A stretch of DNA of 64,000 nucleotides from the human T2T-CHM13v2.0 reference genome, Homo sapiens: assembly GCF_009914755.1 (NCBI RefSeq), contig NC_060935.1. One strand, given 5' to 3'. Each line of letters opens with the position of its first letter. Position 1 is the first letter of the stretch. The notes below the pieces were generated by a model. That model had not been told where the DNA came from. It worked only from the letters and a program-made list of their open reading frames with translations, and did not search any database. Shown piece by piece: positions 1 to 13,891 of this stretch. A program made the position numbers and the translations under genes.

Positions 1-424
1 CTGCATTTAATTCTTTGCCTTGAGTGTATGGCTGAGTCAAATGTCTTACTCATTGTACTACGTTAAACACACGTTTGCAAAAATATTGGTGCGTGGCATA
101 GTGTCTCGAGTTTTACTTTGAGTACTCCCAGGAATATGGAGGGGGTTTTAAATACATAGTTTGTGCAGAAAATATTTTTGTAAATCTAGATTCATTAAAA
201 AGGCCAGAACGTTCTATCTCCAGTCATTTGCCTTTTGTTTAAAATGACTCCAAAATGCGCTACGCACCGTTTAGTTAAGTTGATGGACTTTCATTGATTT
301 GGTTGGTGAGACTGAGATTTTCAAAAGTCCCTGGAGAGAATGTAGCTAGTAACCTTATATCTCAGCCCCAAAGGGAATGAAAAATTGATTTATTAAAGCA
401 GTGAAAAATAATTAGAAAGATTAC

Positions 425-558
425 CTTTGAAAAACCGGACTTCATCTCTGTCGGCAAATTCGTAAGCAGCTTCAAGCCCATTTGGCAGTTGTGGCCAGAA
501 AACAGAAATGAAATTGAGCTCAACTTCCGGGTAGAAGGGATTTGTGCGCATGTAGAAT
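425..558 (-). CDS. MMP1: MMP1 exon 7 (hemopexin domain), 134 nt
   Basis: FYMRTNPFYPEVELNFISVFWPQLPNGLEAAYEFADRDEVRFFKG; AG/GT boundaries. Confidence 0.96.
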
Positions 559-649
559 CTGATTAGGAAAATAAGCAAGAAAAGTTTCCATCTAATTTCT
601 GGTAATCTCTGGCAGATATCCAGCTCCAGCTCCTTCTTGTTGCTGGCAC

Positions 650-1349
650 TAGTGGTGTGCTGGTAAATGTATAACATTCAGCTCTCCAAAGAAGGGTTGG
701 TTTATAGCATTTGCTGATTTCACTAGCTTGAAATACTCCCATTATGATGAATTTCAAGAGTCTCAGTGGAGCACCATTGTATAGCATACAAATAAAATAG
801 GCATAAGTAACTTTAAGAACATAAATAAGTAGAAAAATGCAGTAAAAATTATGACAAACTGATGAATTTTTATTATTTTTATTACCTTTTATTTTAATGT
901 AATTTAATTTTGTTTATATAATTTAAGTTTTATCTCTTTTTTATTTATTTACTTTTTTGAGACAGAGTCTCACTCTCTCACCCAGGCTGGAGTGTAGTGG
1001 TACAATCTTGGCTCAGAGCAACCTCTGCCTCCCAGATTCAAGGATTCTCCTGCCTCAGCCTCCTGAGTAGCTGGGATTACAGGTACAGGCCAACACGCCC
1101 AGCTAATTTTTGTACTTTTAGTAGAGACAGGGTTTCACCATATTGGCCAGGCTGGTCTTGAACTCCTGATCTCAAATGATTCCCCCGCCTCCGCCTCCCA
1201 AAGTGCTGCGATTACAAGTGTGAGCCACTGCACCTGGCCTATAATTTAATTTTTAATAATGGCTATGGTTCACAGCTAGCTTGCAAAATTCTTCAAAATT
1301 TAACAGTCAGCTTTGGTGAGCCATTAGGGATCGGCTGTGCACATTACCA
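650..1349 (+). mobile_element. hAT DNA transposon relic (MER63-like), interrupted by an Alu
   Basis: AGTGGTGTGCTGGTAAATG... start and ...CAAAATTTAACAGTCAGC...CACATTACCA end resemble MER63 termini as recalled. Confidence 0.55.
927..1239 (-). mobile_element. Alu (AluS-like) in MMP1 intron 6
   Basis: Reverse-complement Alu dimer with T-rich tail; target-site duplication TATAATTTAA at ~917 and ~1240. Confidence 0.92.
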
Positions 1350-1439
1350 ACTGGACCATGACTCTAATATCCTATTATTTAGTGATTACTTACAACACAC
1401 CAGGCCCATTCCTTACATCAGACCTTATCACAAGGACAC

Positions 1440-1545
1440 TACAAGAGAGTATTTGAGGATGAGAAATTGAGGTTGGGGAGACTAAGGGAGGTGTCTAAGG
1501 CCACCCAGCTGGTAAGAGGCTAAGGTTGATTTTTAAACTCCGCTC
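1440..1545 (-). mobile_element. MIR fragment
   Basis: GATGAGAAATTGAGG...AAGGCCACCCAGCTGGTAAG core. Confidence 0.55.
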
Positions 1546-2994
1546 TGGCAGCCAATCCCTTTGTTGTCCCTTGGTTAGTAGTATTTACACAAAGTGGATT
1601 ATAGAGCTTAATAGGGACTAGGGTAACAGCACAGCATAGACTGTTATGTGGGCTGACACAGAAGAGCTCCAGATTCCAGGCCACAGGGAAGCCTACGGCC
1701 TTGGCTGTCGGAAACCTGACTTCTAGGTCCAGTCCTTCCTCTGCCTGGCTGTGATGCCTTAGGCAAATCAGTTACTATCTCTATCTCTAGCCTTTCATGT
1801 CTCCTCGACATGGCGACATTTAAATGATCTCTGTGTCCTTTCAATTCTGGCAAATCCTCAAATTGGTCCTGTTCCATCTAGTAATATTTGGTTTGATAGG
1901 TGTGTCCTGTTGTACTGAGAGGTTTCCTTTAAAACCATGTGTTTTCTTAACTTGTCCCAGCATTGAACCACACCCTGTATAGTTTACCTCCAGCCTTATC
2001 TTTTACACTTAAAAAGTAAAGAGAGGGCAGAAAGAATTATGAGCCAGTGCCCTGAATTCTAGGAGAGATGCGACTACAGAGTAGTAAAACAGTGCCACAG
2101 CACTTGAGAGGCTGCAGAGAATGAGCCTTTCAGGCCACCCTGAATTTCTATGTGTTGATCTTTCTGTGGACTGCATCATTCACCAAATGCGGTGTGCAAT
2201 AACACACCAAAAGAGTGTGTTATTATTTTGCCTGATCCTTTAGGAATCACTATGGTACAGAGAGCAGGCCTCCTCCTTGCATGTGAGATGACCCCAACTT
2301 TTTGAGTCCACATGCTGCAGAGGGAGTTCTAGGATTCTTCTTTGAAGAGGGAAGCACCACGTTGTGGCTGCCCCTATCTGTCCCAGGAGGGATTTCATCA
2401 GTTCTTGGGGACTTTCCCAGCATTGGTGCCCTCTCTTCTCTTCTTCTCTGGGCCTCCAGGGGGCAACAGAGACCCTTCAAGTTAATAGGCTTTGGGAGGG
2501 CCATTTTTCCAGGATGGCAGGGGAGATAATTAAAGGATGGCTATGCAACCCTCATCAGTGAGATGTTGCTATGGAAAGGACCACTTTCTCCTAAGAAAGT
2601 CCAATGATACTTATCACCATAAAGAGTGGCATAATGAAAAGAGACCTGAAATAGGGAACAGAAGACCAATAACTGCTCTGCTACCAATGAGCTCTATGCC
2701 CCCAAAAGATCTCTTTCCTTCTCTCTGACTTACTTTGCTAATCTGTAAAAAAAGATCATACATACTGATTTTCTAAATCAACTATATTTTCTGAGAATCA
2801 GTTGACCTAATACATGTAGAAAAACAAAGTTGTTACAAGTACATTATGTTGCACAAATGCATGTGGTTGCTACCATGTGATTATAGATGTAAATCAGCAT
2901 GAAATAAGTAACATGTGAAGCATAATAGTTAATCATAGTGGTGAATGTTGTTATTATTACAAATGCAGATCACAAAGAAGAACTGACATCTTAC

Positions 2995-3112
2995 CTGTCT
3001 TTAAAGAACATCACTTCTCCCCGAATCGTAGTTATAGCATCAAAGGTTAGCTTACTGTCACACGCTTTTGGGGTTTGTGGGCCGATGGGCTGGACAGGAT
3101 TTTGGGAACGTC
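2995..3112 (-). CDS. MMP1: MMP1 exon 6 (hinge, start of hemopexin domain), 118 nt
   Basis: [39 protein letters not shown] read on minus strand; CCTTAG| acceptor and |GTAAGA donor. Confidence 0.96.
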
Positions 3113-3272
3113 CTAAGGAAAATAAAATACCTGGAGTTAGTTTTGCCTAGTATTAGAAAACTACATAAACAATGAAGACAGCTTCTTCAAGGATATCGCT
3201 AATGGCTGTTTTATTTGAAATACATATAAAGACCACCAGGCCCTTGTCCGTAATGTTTTTCCCCATACTCAC

Positions 3273-3428
3273 CATATATGGCTTGGATGCCATCAATGTC
3301 ATCCTGAGCTAGCTGAACATCACCACTGAAGGTGTAGCTAGGGTACATCAAAGCCCCGATATCAGTAGAATGGGAGAGTCCAAGAGAATGGCCGAGTTCA
3401 TGAGCCGCAACACGATGTAAGTTGTACT
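3273..3428 (-). CDS. MMP1: MMP1 exon 5 (zinc-binding motif, Met-turn), 156 nt
   Basis: [31 protein letters not shown]...IQAIYG; HEXXHXXGXXH motif. Confidence 0.97.
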
Positions 3429-3764
3429 CTAAAAAGGCCAATAAATCAATTTGTAATTATTTGAAAGGTATTCAGTTTTGAGGCATTTAACTAATAAATA
3501 ATTTACAACTACAAGGACTCATGTTACTATTTTATCAGTGACTTTTGAAATATATGCATGTATATCTTTTTTCCGAAGGCAGAAGGCATGCATTTATTAA
3601 TAACGAAGAGACATGTTGAAACCTAAACTCTATGATTACATTGATAAAATTAAAAGACAAACTCAGCTGACTGAAAGCGCACCACAGATTAATCAATATT
3701 ATCAATGATTAAATGACACGTACTATTTCACACAGAAGCAAAATGTTCTATTAACATTTAATAT

Positions 3765-4069
3765 TTTTCTTTTTCTTTTTTTCTTTCTTGAGACGGAGTC
3801 TTGCTCTGTCACCCAGGCTGGAGGGCAGTGGCATGATCTTGGCTCACTGCAACCTCTGCCTCCTGGGTTCAGGCGGTTCTCCTGCCTCAGCCTCCTGAGT
3901 AGCTGAGATTACAGACGTGTGCCACCATGCCTGTCTAATTTTTATATTTTTAGAAGAGACAGGGTTTCACCATATTGGTCAGGCTGGTGTCAAACTCCTG
4001 ACGTTGTGATCTGCCTGCCTTGGCCTCCCAAAGTGCTGGGATTACAGGCATGAGCCACTGCGCCCAGCC
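3765..4069 (-). mobile_element. Alu (AluS-like) in MMP1 intron 4
   Basis: Full dimer; flanking duplication ATTTAATATTTTTCT on both sides. Confidence 0.92.
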
Positions 4070-4395
4070 TAATATTTAATATTTTTCTTATTTACAAAAC
4101 TGATAAATGTTGACTGCTGGAAATTTTGGAAAACACAAAAAGCCTTCCTTTTCTTTAATTTCCACATAAGTTTATGACCGCTGTTAAATTTCACTGTTTT
4201 CTTCTAATGAAAAAGTTTCAATGTTGATGCCCACAATTAAAACATCAAAGTTTTCAACAATTTTCTTAATAAAAATTTTAGAGTGGCCTAGTTGTCACTG
4301 CTAAGATGTTGTTAGCTAGCAGAAAAGACCGCTCTTTCACTTTTCTAAGTGTATCACTAATTTTCTGAGTGGTAATAGAAAAATATATACTTCTA

Positions 4396-4647
<252 letters not shown>

Positions 4648-4820
4648 TTATGTAAGCTAAGCCAGAAGGGCAAGCATTAGCTTTGTTAAGAGGCCAACAG
4701 ACTTCCATCAACTGTGATGCAGTTTCCCTCTTCGAGCCCATAAAATCAACATTCATCTTAAACAATCAATTCCAGTTGCAAAGCTACGAGATCTAGGGGC
4801 AAGGTGAGGTTAAGGTGCTA

Positions 4821-5024
<204 letters not shown>

Positions 5025-5076
5025 TTACCACTGTCATGGGAAATAGCTCTCTCACTCTGGCCCTCAGTCTGCCTAC

Positions 5077-5321
5077 CTGTAGGTCAGATGTGTTTGCTCC
5101 CAGCGAGGGTTCCCCTCAGTGAGGACAAACTGAGCCACATCAGGCACTCCACATCTGGGCTGCTTCATCACCTTCAGGGTTTCAGCATCTGGTTTCCCAG
5201 TCACTTTCAGCCCAAAGAATTCCTGCATTTGCTTCAATTTTTCAACCACTGGGCCACTATTTCTCCGCTTTTCAACTTGCCTCCCATCATTCTTCAGGTT
5301 GTAGTATTTTTCCAGGTATTT
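5077..5321 (-). CDS. MMP1: MMP1 exon 2 (propeptide with cysteine switch), 245 nt
   Basis: Acceptor TTGTCAG|AAATAC; encodes KYLEKYYNLKNDG...[29 protein letters not shown]; donor AG|GTAGGC. Confidence 0.97.
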
Positions 5322-5807
5322 CTGACAAAAGAAAATTATCGAAACACTGCATGGGAAATCTTTCTCATTATTCTAAAAATTGATGGCATTAAGTTTTAGC
5401 CAAAACAGAGAACTGCTTTTAAACCTTGTGTTTAGATTTCGCAGTTGCTTTTATCCTTATTTTTGGTGAGAAATGAAATTTCAGAGTAGAAATGTCCCTA
5501 CTATTAGTTATTGTGAAGTAAGAACTTCATAGTAGAGCAATTTTTGTAGAGCAAGATTTGCATACTGTTACAAGTCTACAATTTGTGGAGACAAGTTTGG
5601 ATGTTGTTCCTTTAGTTCACTCTCACCTCCAACTGGAAAAAGAGAGCGTATGCATGGCTAGATACATTTTGGGTGGAGGGTGCTGTTTCTAGCAAAAAAA
5701 AAAAAATCTCTTTATAAGAAACCTATCCTTAAAAAACTCTATTACATTACTGCAGAAAAATACAAACTAAAAATTTACATTATTGTCACACGCAATGCAG
5801 CATTTAC

Positions 5808-5912
5808 CTGGACTAAGTCCACATCTTGCTCTTGTGTTTCTAGAGTCGCTGGGAAGCTGTGAGACACCACACCCCAGAACAGCAGCAGCAGCAGTGGAGG
5901 AAAGCTGTGCAT
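5808..5912 (-). CDS. MMP1: MMP1 exon 1 coding part (signal peptide, start of propeptide), 105 nt
   Basis: ATG at 5912-5910; MHSFPPLLLLLFWGVVSHS...; donor CAG|GTAAAT at 5808/5807. Confidence 0.97.
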
Positions 5913-6000
5913 ACTGGCCTTTGTCTTCTTTCTCAGTGCAAGGTAAGTGATGGCTTCCCAGCCTCTTGCTGCTCCAATATCCCAGCTAGGAAGCTCCCTC

Positions 6001-6160
6001 TGTATATATAGAGTCCTTGCCCTTCCAGAAAGCCAGAGGCTGTCTGACTCATGCTTTATAACATCCTCTTGATTAGCTATGAATAGACTAGGCAATCATT
6101 AGAAATGGTGACTCCTAGCAGATTATTTGGAATCACTTGGTGTTGCAATGTCATGATTAA
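6001..6160 (-). promoter_or_regulatory. MMP1: MMP1 proximal promoter: TATA box (6001-6010), AP-1 TGAGTCA (6045-6051), PEA3/ETS GAGGATGT (6061-6068), distal AP-1-like TTAATCA (6154-6160)
   Basis: Motifs seen directly at about -30, -72, -88 and -181 from the TSS, matching the classical collagenase-1 promoter layout. Confidence 0.9.
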
Positions 6161-6542
6161 CTTCAAACAAGATGTGTGCGAAGGAGACACACTCTGCCAT
6201 GTAAACAGTGGTTTTCTCCAATTCATTTCTTTCCTATTTGAGAAAGGTTCTTGTTATATACACAGGTCAAAGAGTACTCCATGGTCTTTTTGAAAAAGAC
6301 TGGTTCTGATGGTCATAAAGTGCTACAGGTTTCTCCACACACCTTGCTCCCAGGGCAGAGGGTGGAATTACTAACACTGCGCACCTGATGGCTGTTCGGC
6401 TCCTGTACTGACTGAAGTTCAGCTCCCCCAGCACTCACTTTACGGTGGCTCTTCGGGGTTCTCTGAGGTTCCCTTCTGCCTTTGTTAAGCTGCCTGGCAC
6501 CCTATTGCGATAGCACCATGGCTTCCCTTAATCTTTACTCAG

Positions 6543-6862
6543 AGCCAGGCATGGTGGCTCAAGCCTATAATCCCAGAATTTCAGGAGGCCGAGGCAGGGG
6601 AATCACTTGAGCCCAGGAGTTCAAGATCAGCCTGGGCAACATGGTGAGACCCCATCTCTGTAAAAAACAAACAAACAAACAAACATTTTTTAAAGTTAGC
6701 CAAGCATGGAGTCATGCACCTGTAGTCCTAGTCACTGAAGAGGCTGAGGTGGGAGGATCACTTGGGCCTGGGAGGTTGAGGCTGCATTGAGCTGTGATTG
6801 TGCCGCTGCACTCCAGCTTAGGCAACAGAGAGGGACCCTGTCTAAAATAAAATTTGAAAAAA
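6543..6862 (+). mobile_element. Alu (AluJ-like) in MMP1 upstream region
   Basis: GCCAGGCATGGTGGCTC... dimer with (AAAC)n linker and A-rich tail. Confidence 0.9.
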
Positions 6863-7574
6863 TTTACTCAGGCCTAGGATTTAAGAGCCTTACCTGAGAA
6901 GACCCCTCATCCACAGGCGGAGTATGAGATAACTCCCCACCCCTTGCCCATCATTATCATGGGACAAATAGGATCCTTCCCTGAAACTTGTCTGAATGTA
7001 CCGGATGATGAAAAGGCTGGAAAGAGACTGAGCGTGACTCTGGGGTCTTATTTTTAATCATACTTGTTTCCCTTGATATGAGTCTATCTTCGCTCCTTGG
7101 TGCTAGGCAGCATTTATTTATTCTTTCATGTATGCATTCATTCATATATTTATGCATTCCTCCATTCAAAAGATCTTATTTAGCATCTCCTGCCCATTAA
7201 AATAAATACATGGCTCTGTAATGAAAGATGTGTATTCCTGTACTTATGTTCCACATTAAATTGTCTTGGGTACTGGTGACCGGTGTCACCAGTGCTATCT
7301 GTAGCATTCCTGGTAAGAAAAGTTGGTTTATCTCTGTAGCTCCCCTACTCATGCCCCACTCTCCTTCCTTGGAAGCATTTATTGAAAACATACAGTGGAG
7401 AAACACTGGCCTGTTTTATCACTTCAGCACCTTATGGTGTCTCCCACCTTTCCCACTGTATCAGGTTTGCTTTTCAACACTTTCCTCCCCTTATGGATTC
7501 CTGTTTTCTTTCTGCGTCAAGACTGATATCTTACTCATAAACAATACTTCAGTATATCTTGGATTGATTTGAGA

Positions 7575-7590
7575 TAAGTCATATCTTTCT
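7575..7590 (-). promoter_or_regulatory. MMP1: MMP1 -1607 1G/2G polymorphic site, 1G allele, with adjacent AP-1-like TGACTTA
   Basis: Minus strand reads TAGAAAGATATGACTTA (single G at 7585), ~1.6 kb upstream of the TSS. Confidence 0.85.
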
Positions 7591-9729
7591 AATTATTTAA
7601 CTACAATTTCCTCATCTAAGTGGCATAACATGTGAGTTCAAGAGGGTAAGAAGAATGGGAAGACATTCTCACGAAAAGGAAATCCTCTTCTCAGAGGCAT
7701 CAGAGGGAGGGTGCGGCAGAGACCAAAGAACACTTGCCACTGAAGTGACTCCAGCACAGACAAAGAAAATAGTGAAAGGGGCTCTTCATATTAGAGGGTG
7801 AACATAGACTATGTTTTAAAAGTCAAGGAGTGGCAGATATACTCGACTGTGAGGGAATCTAGTCACTGTGAAGACGTGACAAGCCTAGCTCCACTGAGGC
7901 CTGGGAAACAAGGGTGAGTTAATAGGTTAACTCAGGAAAGCAGCATGTGACCATCTGTGATTGGACAGGAAATTGCCTAAGACGTCACCCTGGAAGAGTC
8001 TCATACACTGTCCCATCTGGCAAGAGCCTGCACATCCTGCAATGTAGAAGTTTTCAAACTTTTATAAACCTCTGTATCCTTTACTTAAACAAAATCCCTT
8101 TTGGAAAGCAAATTTGAAAACCAGGTGAAAACAGAAGTTCTCTGATGGAAGTTGGAAATAGAGCCTTGGAGTCCCCCACAACCCGCCACATCATGCCTGC
8201 TTTTTCCTCCCTTCTCTAGCAAAGCTCCCTGCATCTGAGTCCAGAGCTCTCATGCTAAATGCTCACAGTGTTTCATTAAATGTCATAGTTGCTGACGTGG
8301 ATTGGAAACTGGTTGCTTGAAACATCTTTTCGTTAATTTTTTTTCCTAAAATAAACGAAAAAAATTAAATTAAGTTTTGGTTAAGCAGCCAGCCTAGATT
8401 CACATGGCCCTGAATCTTGGAATTTCCAGTTAGGTATTCATGGAAGATCGTCTAATACAACATATGTAACTTTGCAGCTGGTGCTAGCATATGATTTATT
8501 TGAGAGTAAAAAAGAAAACAAAAATTTAGAACAGAAAGCTGGGGATTAAATCATACCAAATCCTAGCAATGCCTAAACTTAGCATAGTTTCCAAGAAGTT
8601 CAAAACATGTTAAAGTTGTATTTGCTCTTCACATCCATACTATTTGTTTCCTCTGGGAGCATCTTCTTCCCCCATAATTCTCTTTTAAATGTAATTTTCT
8701 GAAATTATTCCTTTACCCCTTATGACAAGCATAAGAGGGCTCTCGTGTGGCTGTGTCAGCTGACTCCGGACTATTTCCAGGCAGTCAGATTATTTCCGTG
8801 GTTTTCTTGGTTGCTTCATGCTGGCTGCTCTGTGAAAGGCCTCAAACATATTTGTATTTTTCCATATTAAACTTAGTCTTGAAATTTCAATCTTGCTTCA
8901 TATTTTTTTATGCTGGGGAATTCAGCCGTTTTAATTTTGTAACTCCATTTGAGTGTCAGATATTTTTTCTATTTTTTTGTCCTGCAAGTCTTGAAATGGT
9001 CTTTAGCCAGAAACATTAAGTATTTAATGCTATTTTGTTGTGAGAGTTACACGTGGGAAAAATTTGCCCCACGGTCTGTATTCTTCCTACATATGGCCAT
9101 GCAGTAGCTTTATGGATAACCATTGACCAGACACTTAACAGACACTTGGTACACACTGGTTCCGTCAGTCCTCATGGTTACCTTCTGGGTAGAAATGATT
9201 GATCAATTAACCCCAAGTCCCAGGGCACACAGCAGAGCGGTAGTCACTCGTTGAACACAGTTCTGTGCCACTGCAGTCCAGACATAACACATACATACTC
9301 TGGGGATAGAAATCTTGCTTCCCTAACAGAGAGAAAGTGTCTGGAGACACGAGGACTGTCACATTAACTCCCTCAAGTCCACAATAATGTCTCCATGCCA
9401 CCACCCGGTCCCACAGGCCTGAAAGAATCCTCCCCTTCAAGCTGTCACTCAATCTCTCTTATTTCCCTTATCAAACTTGTTGAATTTATAGTTTATACTA
9501 CCTCAACATAGTAGGTGTCTGCAAATGATTGTTACATGAGTTAATAAATGAATAGATCAATGAAGAAATAGATACTTAAATGACACTTAAATAAAGGGTC
9601 TATTTCTCATTAGGCTGAGTTGTTTATAAGAAGTCTTATGCCCATGACTTTTACTCTCCTAAGACTAAAGTTTTTAAAATTACCATGGGAAGAATTTGGA
9701 TATATCAACTGACTGGACATTCAATTAAC

Positions 9730-10006
9730 TAATTTATTTATTTAGAGACAAGGTCTCCCTCTGTCGCTTAGGCTGGAGTGTAGGGACCTCAAACTCTTGG
9801 GCTTAAGCAATCTTCCTGCCTCAGACTCCCAAGTAGCTAGAACTACAGATGTGCACCACCATGTCCCACTGATTTTTAAGATTTTTTGTAGAGATGAGGT
9901 CTCACTATGTTGGCCAGGCTAGTCTCAAACTCCTGGCCTCAAGCAGTTCTCTCACCTCGGCCTCCCAGAGTGTTGGGATTATAGGTGTGAGCCACCACAC
10001 CCAGCC
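9730..10006 (-). mobile_element. Alu (AluJ-like, internal deletion)
   Basis: Reverse Alu motifs GAGACAAGGTCTC...GGGATTATAGGTGTGAGCCACC. Confidence 0.85.
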
Positions 10007-10392
10007 TTACTGGAGATTTTATATGAAGCATAGCACATTTATTTTTGGTGATTTGCATGCCATGCTACAAGCATTTAGTATCAGATTATTTTGAGCATTT
10101 TATTAATTTGTTTGTCAATAATATTTTCTTATCTGCATGGTTTATTAAACACTGTGGAAAATGCTTATAGTTAGCACATTTGTGAAACAGATTTTTGCAG
10201 CTATAGCTCCTTTTAAAGGAAATTCAAACCAAGAGACTTTCTGGGGATGAGTGCTACTCATACCATAGCTCAGTTCAGCCCTGTCAAAACCGTCCTTTCC
10301 CAGCTCTTACATCTGTGAATGTGAATTTGAGATGGTTTTGAAATATGTGAGGAAGCTTCCTGTGAGATTTTGATCATGTGCCCAGACTATGA

Positions 10393-11150
<758 letters not shown>

Positions 11151-11169
11151 TGAAAGAAATAACATTTAA

Positions 11170-11360
11170 CCTTTACTGGGCTCTCTATACCTTTAACATA
11201 CAAAACTATTTTATCCTCACAATAATCCTGTGGAATAGTTAGGGTGGATACTATTATTTCCATTTCATAGGTGAAGAAACTGGGACAACTTTCCATGACT
11301 AAATCTTTTGTCCAAGACAGTTCCTCTAGCAAGTAGTAGAGACAGAAACTTGAAAAAGGT
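11170..11360 (-). mobile_element. MIR fragment
   Basis: TTATCCTCACAATAATCCTGTG...CATTTCATAGGTGAAGAAACTG. Confidence 0.6.
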
Positions 11361-12214
11361 CTTTGGCTGCTAAACCAGGTAATTCAGCTCTTAAGACAAA
11401 AGATTAATCCCTGCAGACATCTTTTTATACTTGTCACTGAGATGCATTTTTAGTTCTAATAGAAAATTATTGATGAAACCACCAATAAGACTGCACAGTC
11501 CCTTTTTGCTTAAACTGACATCTTCTCCCGTGAATTATACCCTTCTCTCTCAAGGGTGTTTCTTGCCCTTGGCACAGATTCTTTCCCTCATCCTGTGAAC
11601 ATGGCTGCTCTGTGAAATACATGAAGGAGCACAACCCTAACAATTGTTGCAACCCATAACTCCTTGAGCATCACTTTTCTCTTTGTCATCAGCCTTATTA
11701 CTTAACTTGGATCTTGACCTTGACCTCACCCCCTTGTAGTACATTTTCAAACATTACTATTAACATCCACCATTTTAAAAAAGTCAAATGGCTTTTCTTC
11801 AGTTCACATTTTCATCAGTCCTTTTTAGTATTCAATGCTCAGTCTTGGAAACCCTCAGCTTGGAGTTTCTGCACTTTATTTTTCTCCCTGTACCTTTCTG
11901 ATTATTTCCCCTCCTTTGCTGGTGTCTCCTTCCTTCCCTTCCTCTTGAATTTTGCCATTCACCAATGTCCTGTTTTGAGTCTTCACTTTTAATCTCTGGC
12001 CACTATTTCTCCAGGACAGTCTCATCTATTCCCACAACTTCACCCAACATCCCCACAAAAATGTCTTCCTAAACTCGAGCCCTACTGTTTTCCTGAACTC
12101 CTGTCTCATAGTTTCCACTGCCACCAGGACACTTCCATCTGGATAGATCTGGTTTCATTTTCTTTTAAACCAAGACTCCTATTCCTCCTTATATACTTCT
12201 TACCTAGCACAGCT

Positions 12215-12400
12215 TGCTAAATCACAGACGTGGGTTCAAATGCCAACTCTGCCAATTACTAGCTAAATGACCAATTATTCAACCTTTTTATTTTCTCATC
12301 TAAAAAATGGAAATAATAACAGCACCTGCCTTAGATGGTTGTTTGGAGACTAAAATAATACATATAAAATATATTAGTACAATGACTGGCACACAGTGAA
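12215..12400 (+). mobile_element. MIR
   Basis: GGGTTCAAATGCCAACTCTGCCAATTACTAGCT...CTCATCTAAAAAATGGAAATAATAACAGCACC. Confidence 0.65.
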
Positions 12401-12458
12401 CACACACAAAATATTTGTAATTATTTTTATGAATAAAATGCTTCAGTGGTATCCATTG

Positions 12459-13618
12459 TCTAGCACGGCAAAAGGAACAACCAGCAGAGTAAACAGACAA
12501 CCCACAGAGTGGGAGAAAATCCTCACAATTGATATATCTGACAAAGGACTAATATCCAGAATCTGCAACAAACTCAAATAAATTAGCCAGAATAAAACAA
12601 ACAATGTCATCAAAAAGTGGGCTAAGGACATGAACAGACAATTCTCAAAAGAAGATATACAAATGGCCAACAAACATATGAAAATATGCTCAACATCACT
12701 TATGATCAGGGAAATGCAAATCAAAACCACAATGCGATACCACCTTAATCCTGCAAGAATGCCCATAATCAAAAAATCAAAAAACAGTAGATGTTGGCAT
12801 GGATGCAGTGAACAGGGAACACTTCTACACTGCTGGTGGGAATGTAAACTAGCACAGCCGCTATGGAAAACAGTGTGGAGGTTCCTTAAATAACTAAAAG
12901 TAGAACTACCATTTGATCCAGCAATTCCGCTACTGAGTATCTACCCAGAGGAAAAGAACTAAATTATACAAAAAAGATACTTGCATATGCATGTTTATAC
13001 CAGCACAATTCGCAGTTGCAAAAATGTGGAACCAACCCAAATGCCCATGAATCAACAAGTGGATAAAGAAACTGTGATATATATTTATCATATATATATT
13101 TTATCATATATCATATATATACATTATATATATAAAAAAATATAACAGAATACTATATATGATATATATAATACTCTGTATATTATAATATATATACTAT
13201 ATATAGAGTATATATATTATATATGATGGAATACTATTATATGTGATAGAATACTACTCAGCCATAAAAAGGAATGAATTAATGGCATTTGCAGCAACCT
13301 GGATGAGATTAGAGACTGTTCTTCTAAGTGAAGTAAATCAGGAATGGAAAGTCAAACATCTTATGTTCTCACTCATAAGTGGGAGCTAAGCTGTGAAGAT
13401 GCAAAGGCATAAAAATGACACAATGGACTCTGGGGACTCAGGAGGAAAGGGTGGGAAGGGGGTCAGGTTTAGATAAAAGACTACAAATTGAGTATATACT
13501 GCTCAGGTAATGGGTGCACTAAAATCTCACAAATCATCACTAAAGAACTTACACATGTAACCAAACACCACCTGTTCCCCAGTAACCTATAGAAATAAAA
13601 AATTAATTTTTAAAAAAA
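12459..13618 (+). mobile_element. 5'-truncated L1 (L1PB-like 3' end) with internal (TA)n expansion at ~13075-13250
   Basis: ORF2 C-terminal translation ([13 protein letters not shown]; [21 protein letters not shown]...[10 protein letters not shown]), L1 3'UTR and A-rich end. Confidence 0.9.
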
Positions 13619-13891
13619 GCAAAACAGATATAAACTAACTTTAGCACTTAAGACCTTCCATGCTCAGGTCTAAAAATAACTTACCGGTCCCACTTCCCTC
13701 TCATCCTACCCCCTTACAAACAAAGTGAATTATATTTTTTCCCAAATGTGCCTTGTACCTGTCCTGCTTTTTTATATTTTTTATTCTCCTCTATTTCTAC
13801 TTAATACAAGTCTACCCATTCTGCAAGACTTAGTATAAGGGTTACTTCGCTGATAATTTCCTCCATTACCTTTCTCCCTTTGTGAGATAGG

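Noticed and set aside
5913-6095. Apparent N-terminal extension of MMP1 in the 106-aa ORF 5775..6095
   Set aside because: The upstream part lies across and beyond the TATA box and TSS, so it is not in the mRNA; the true start is the ATG at 5912
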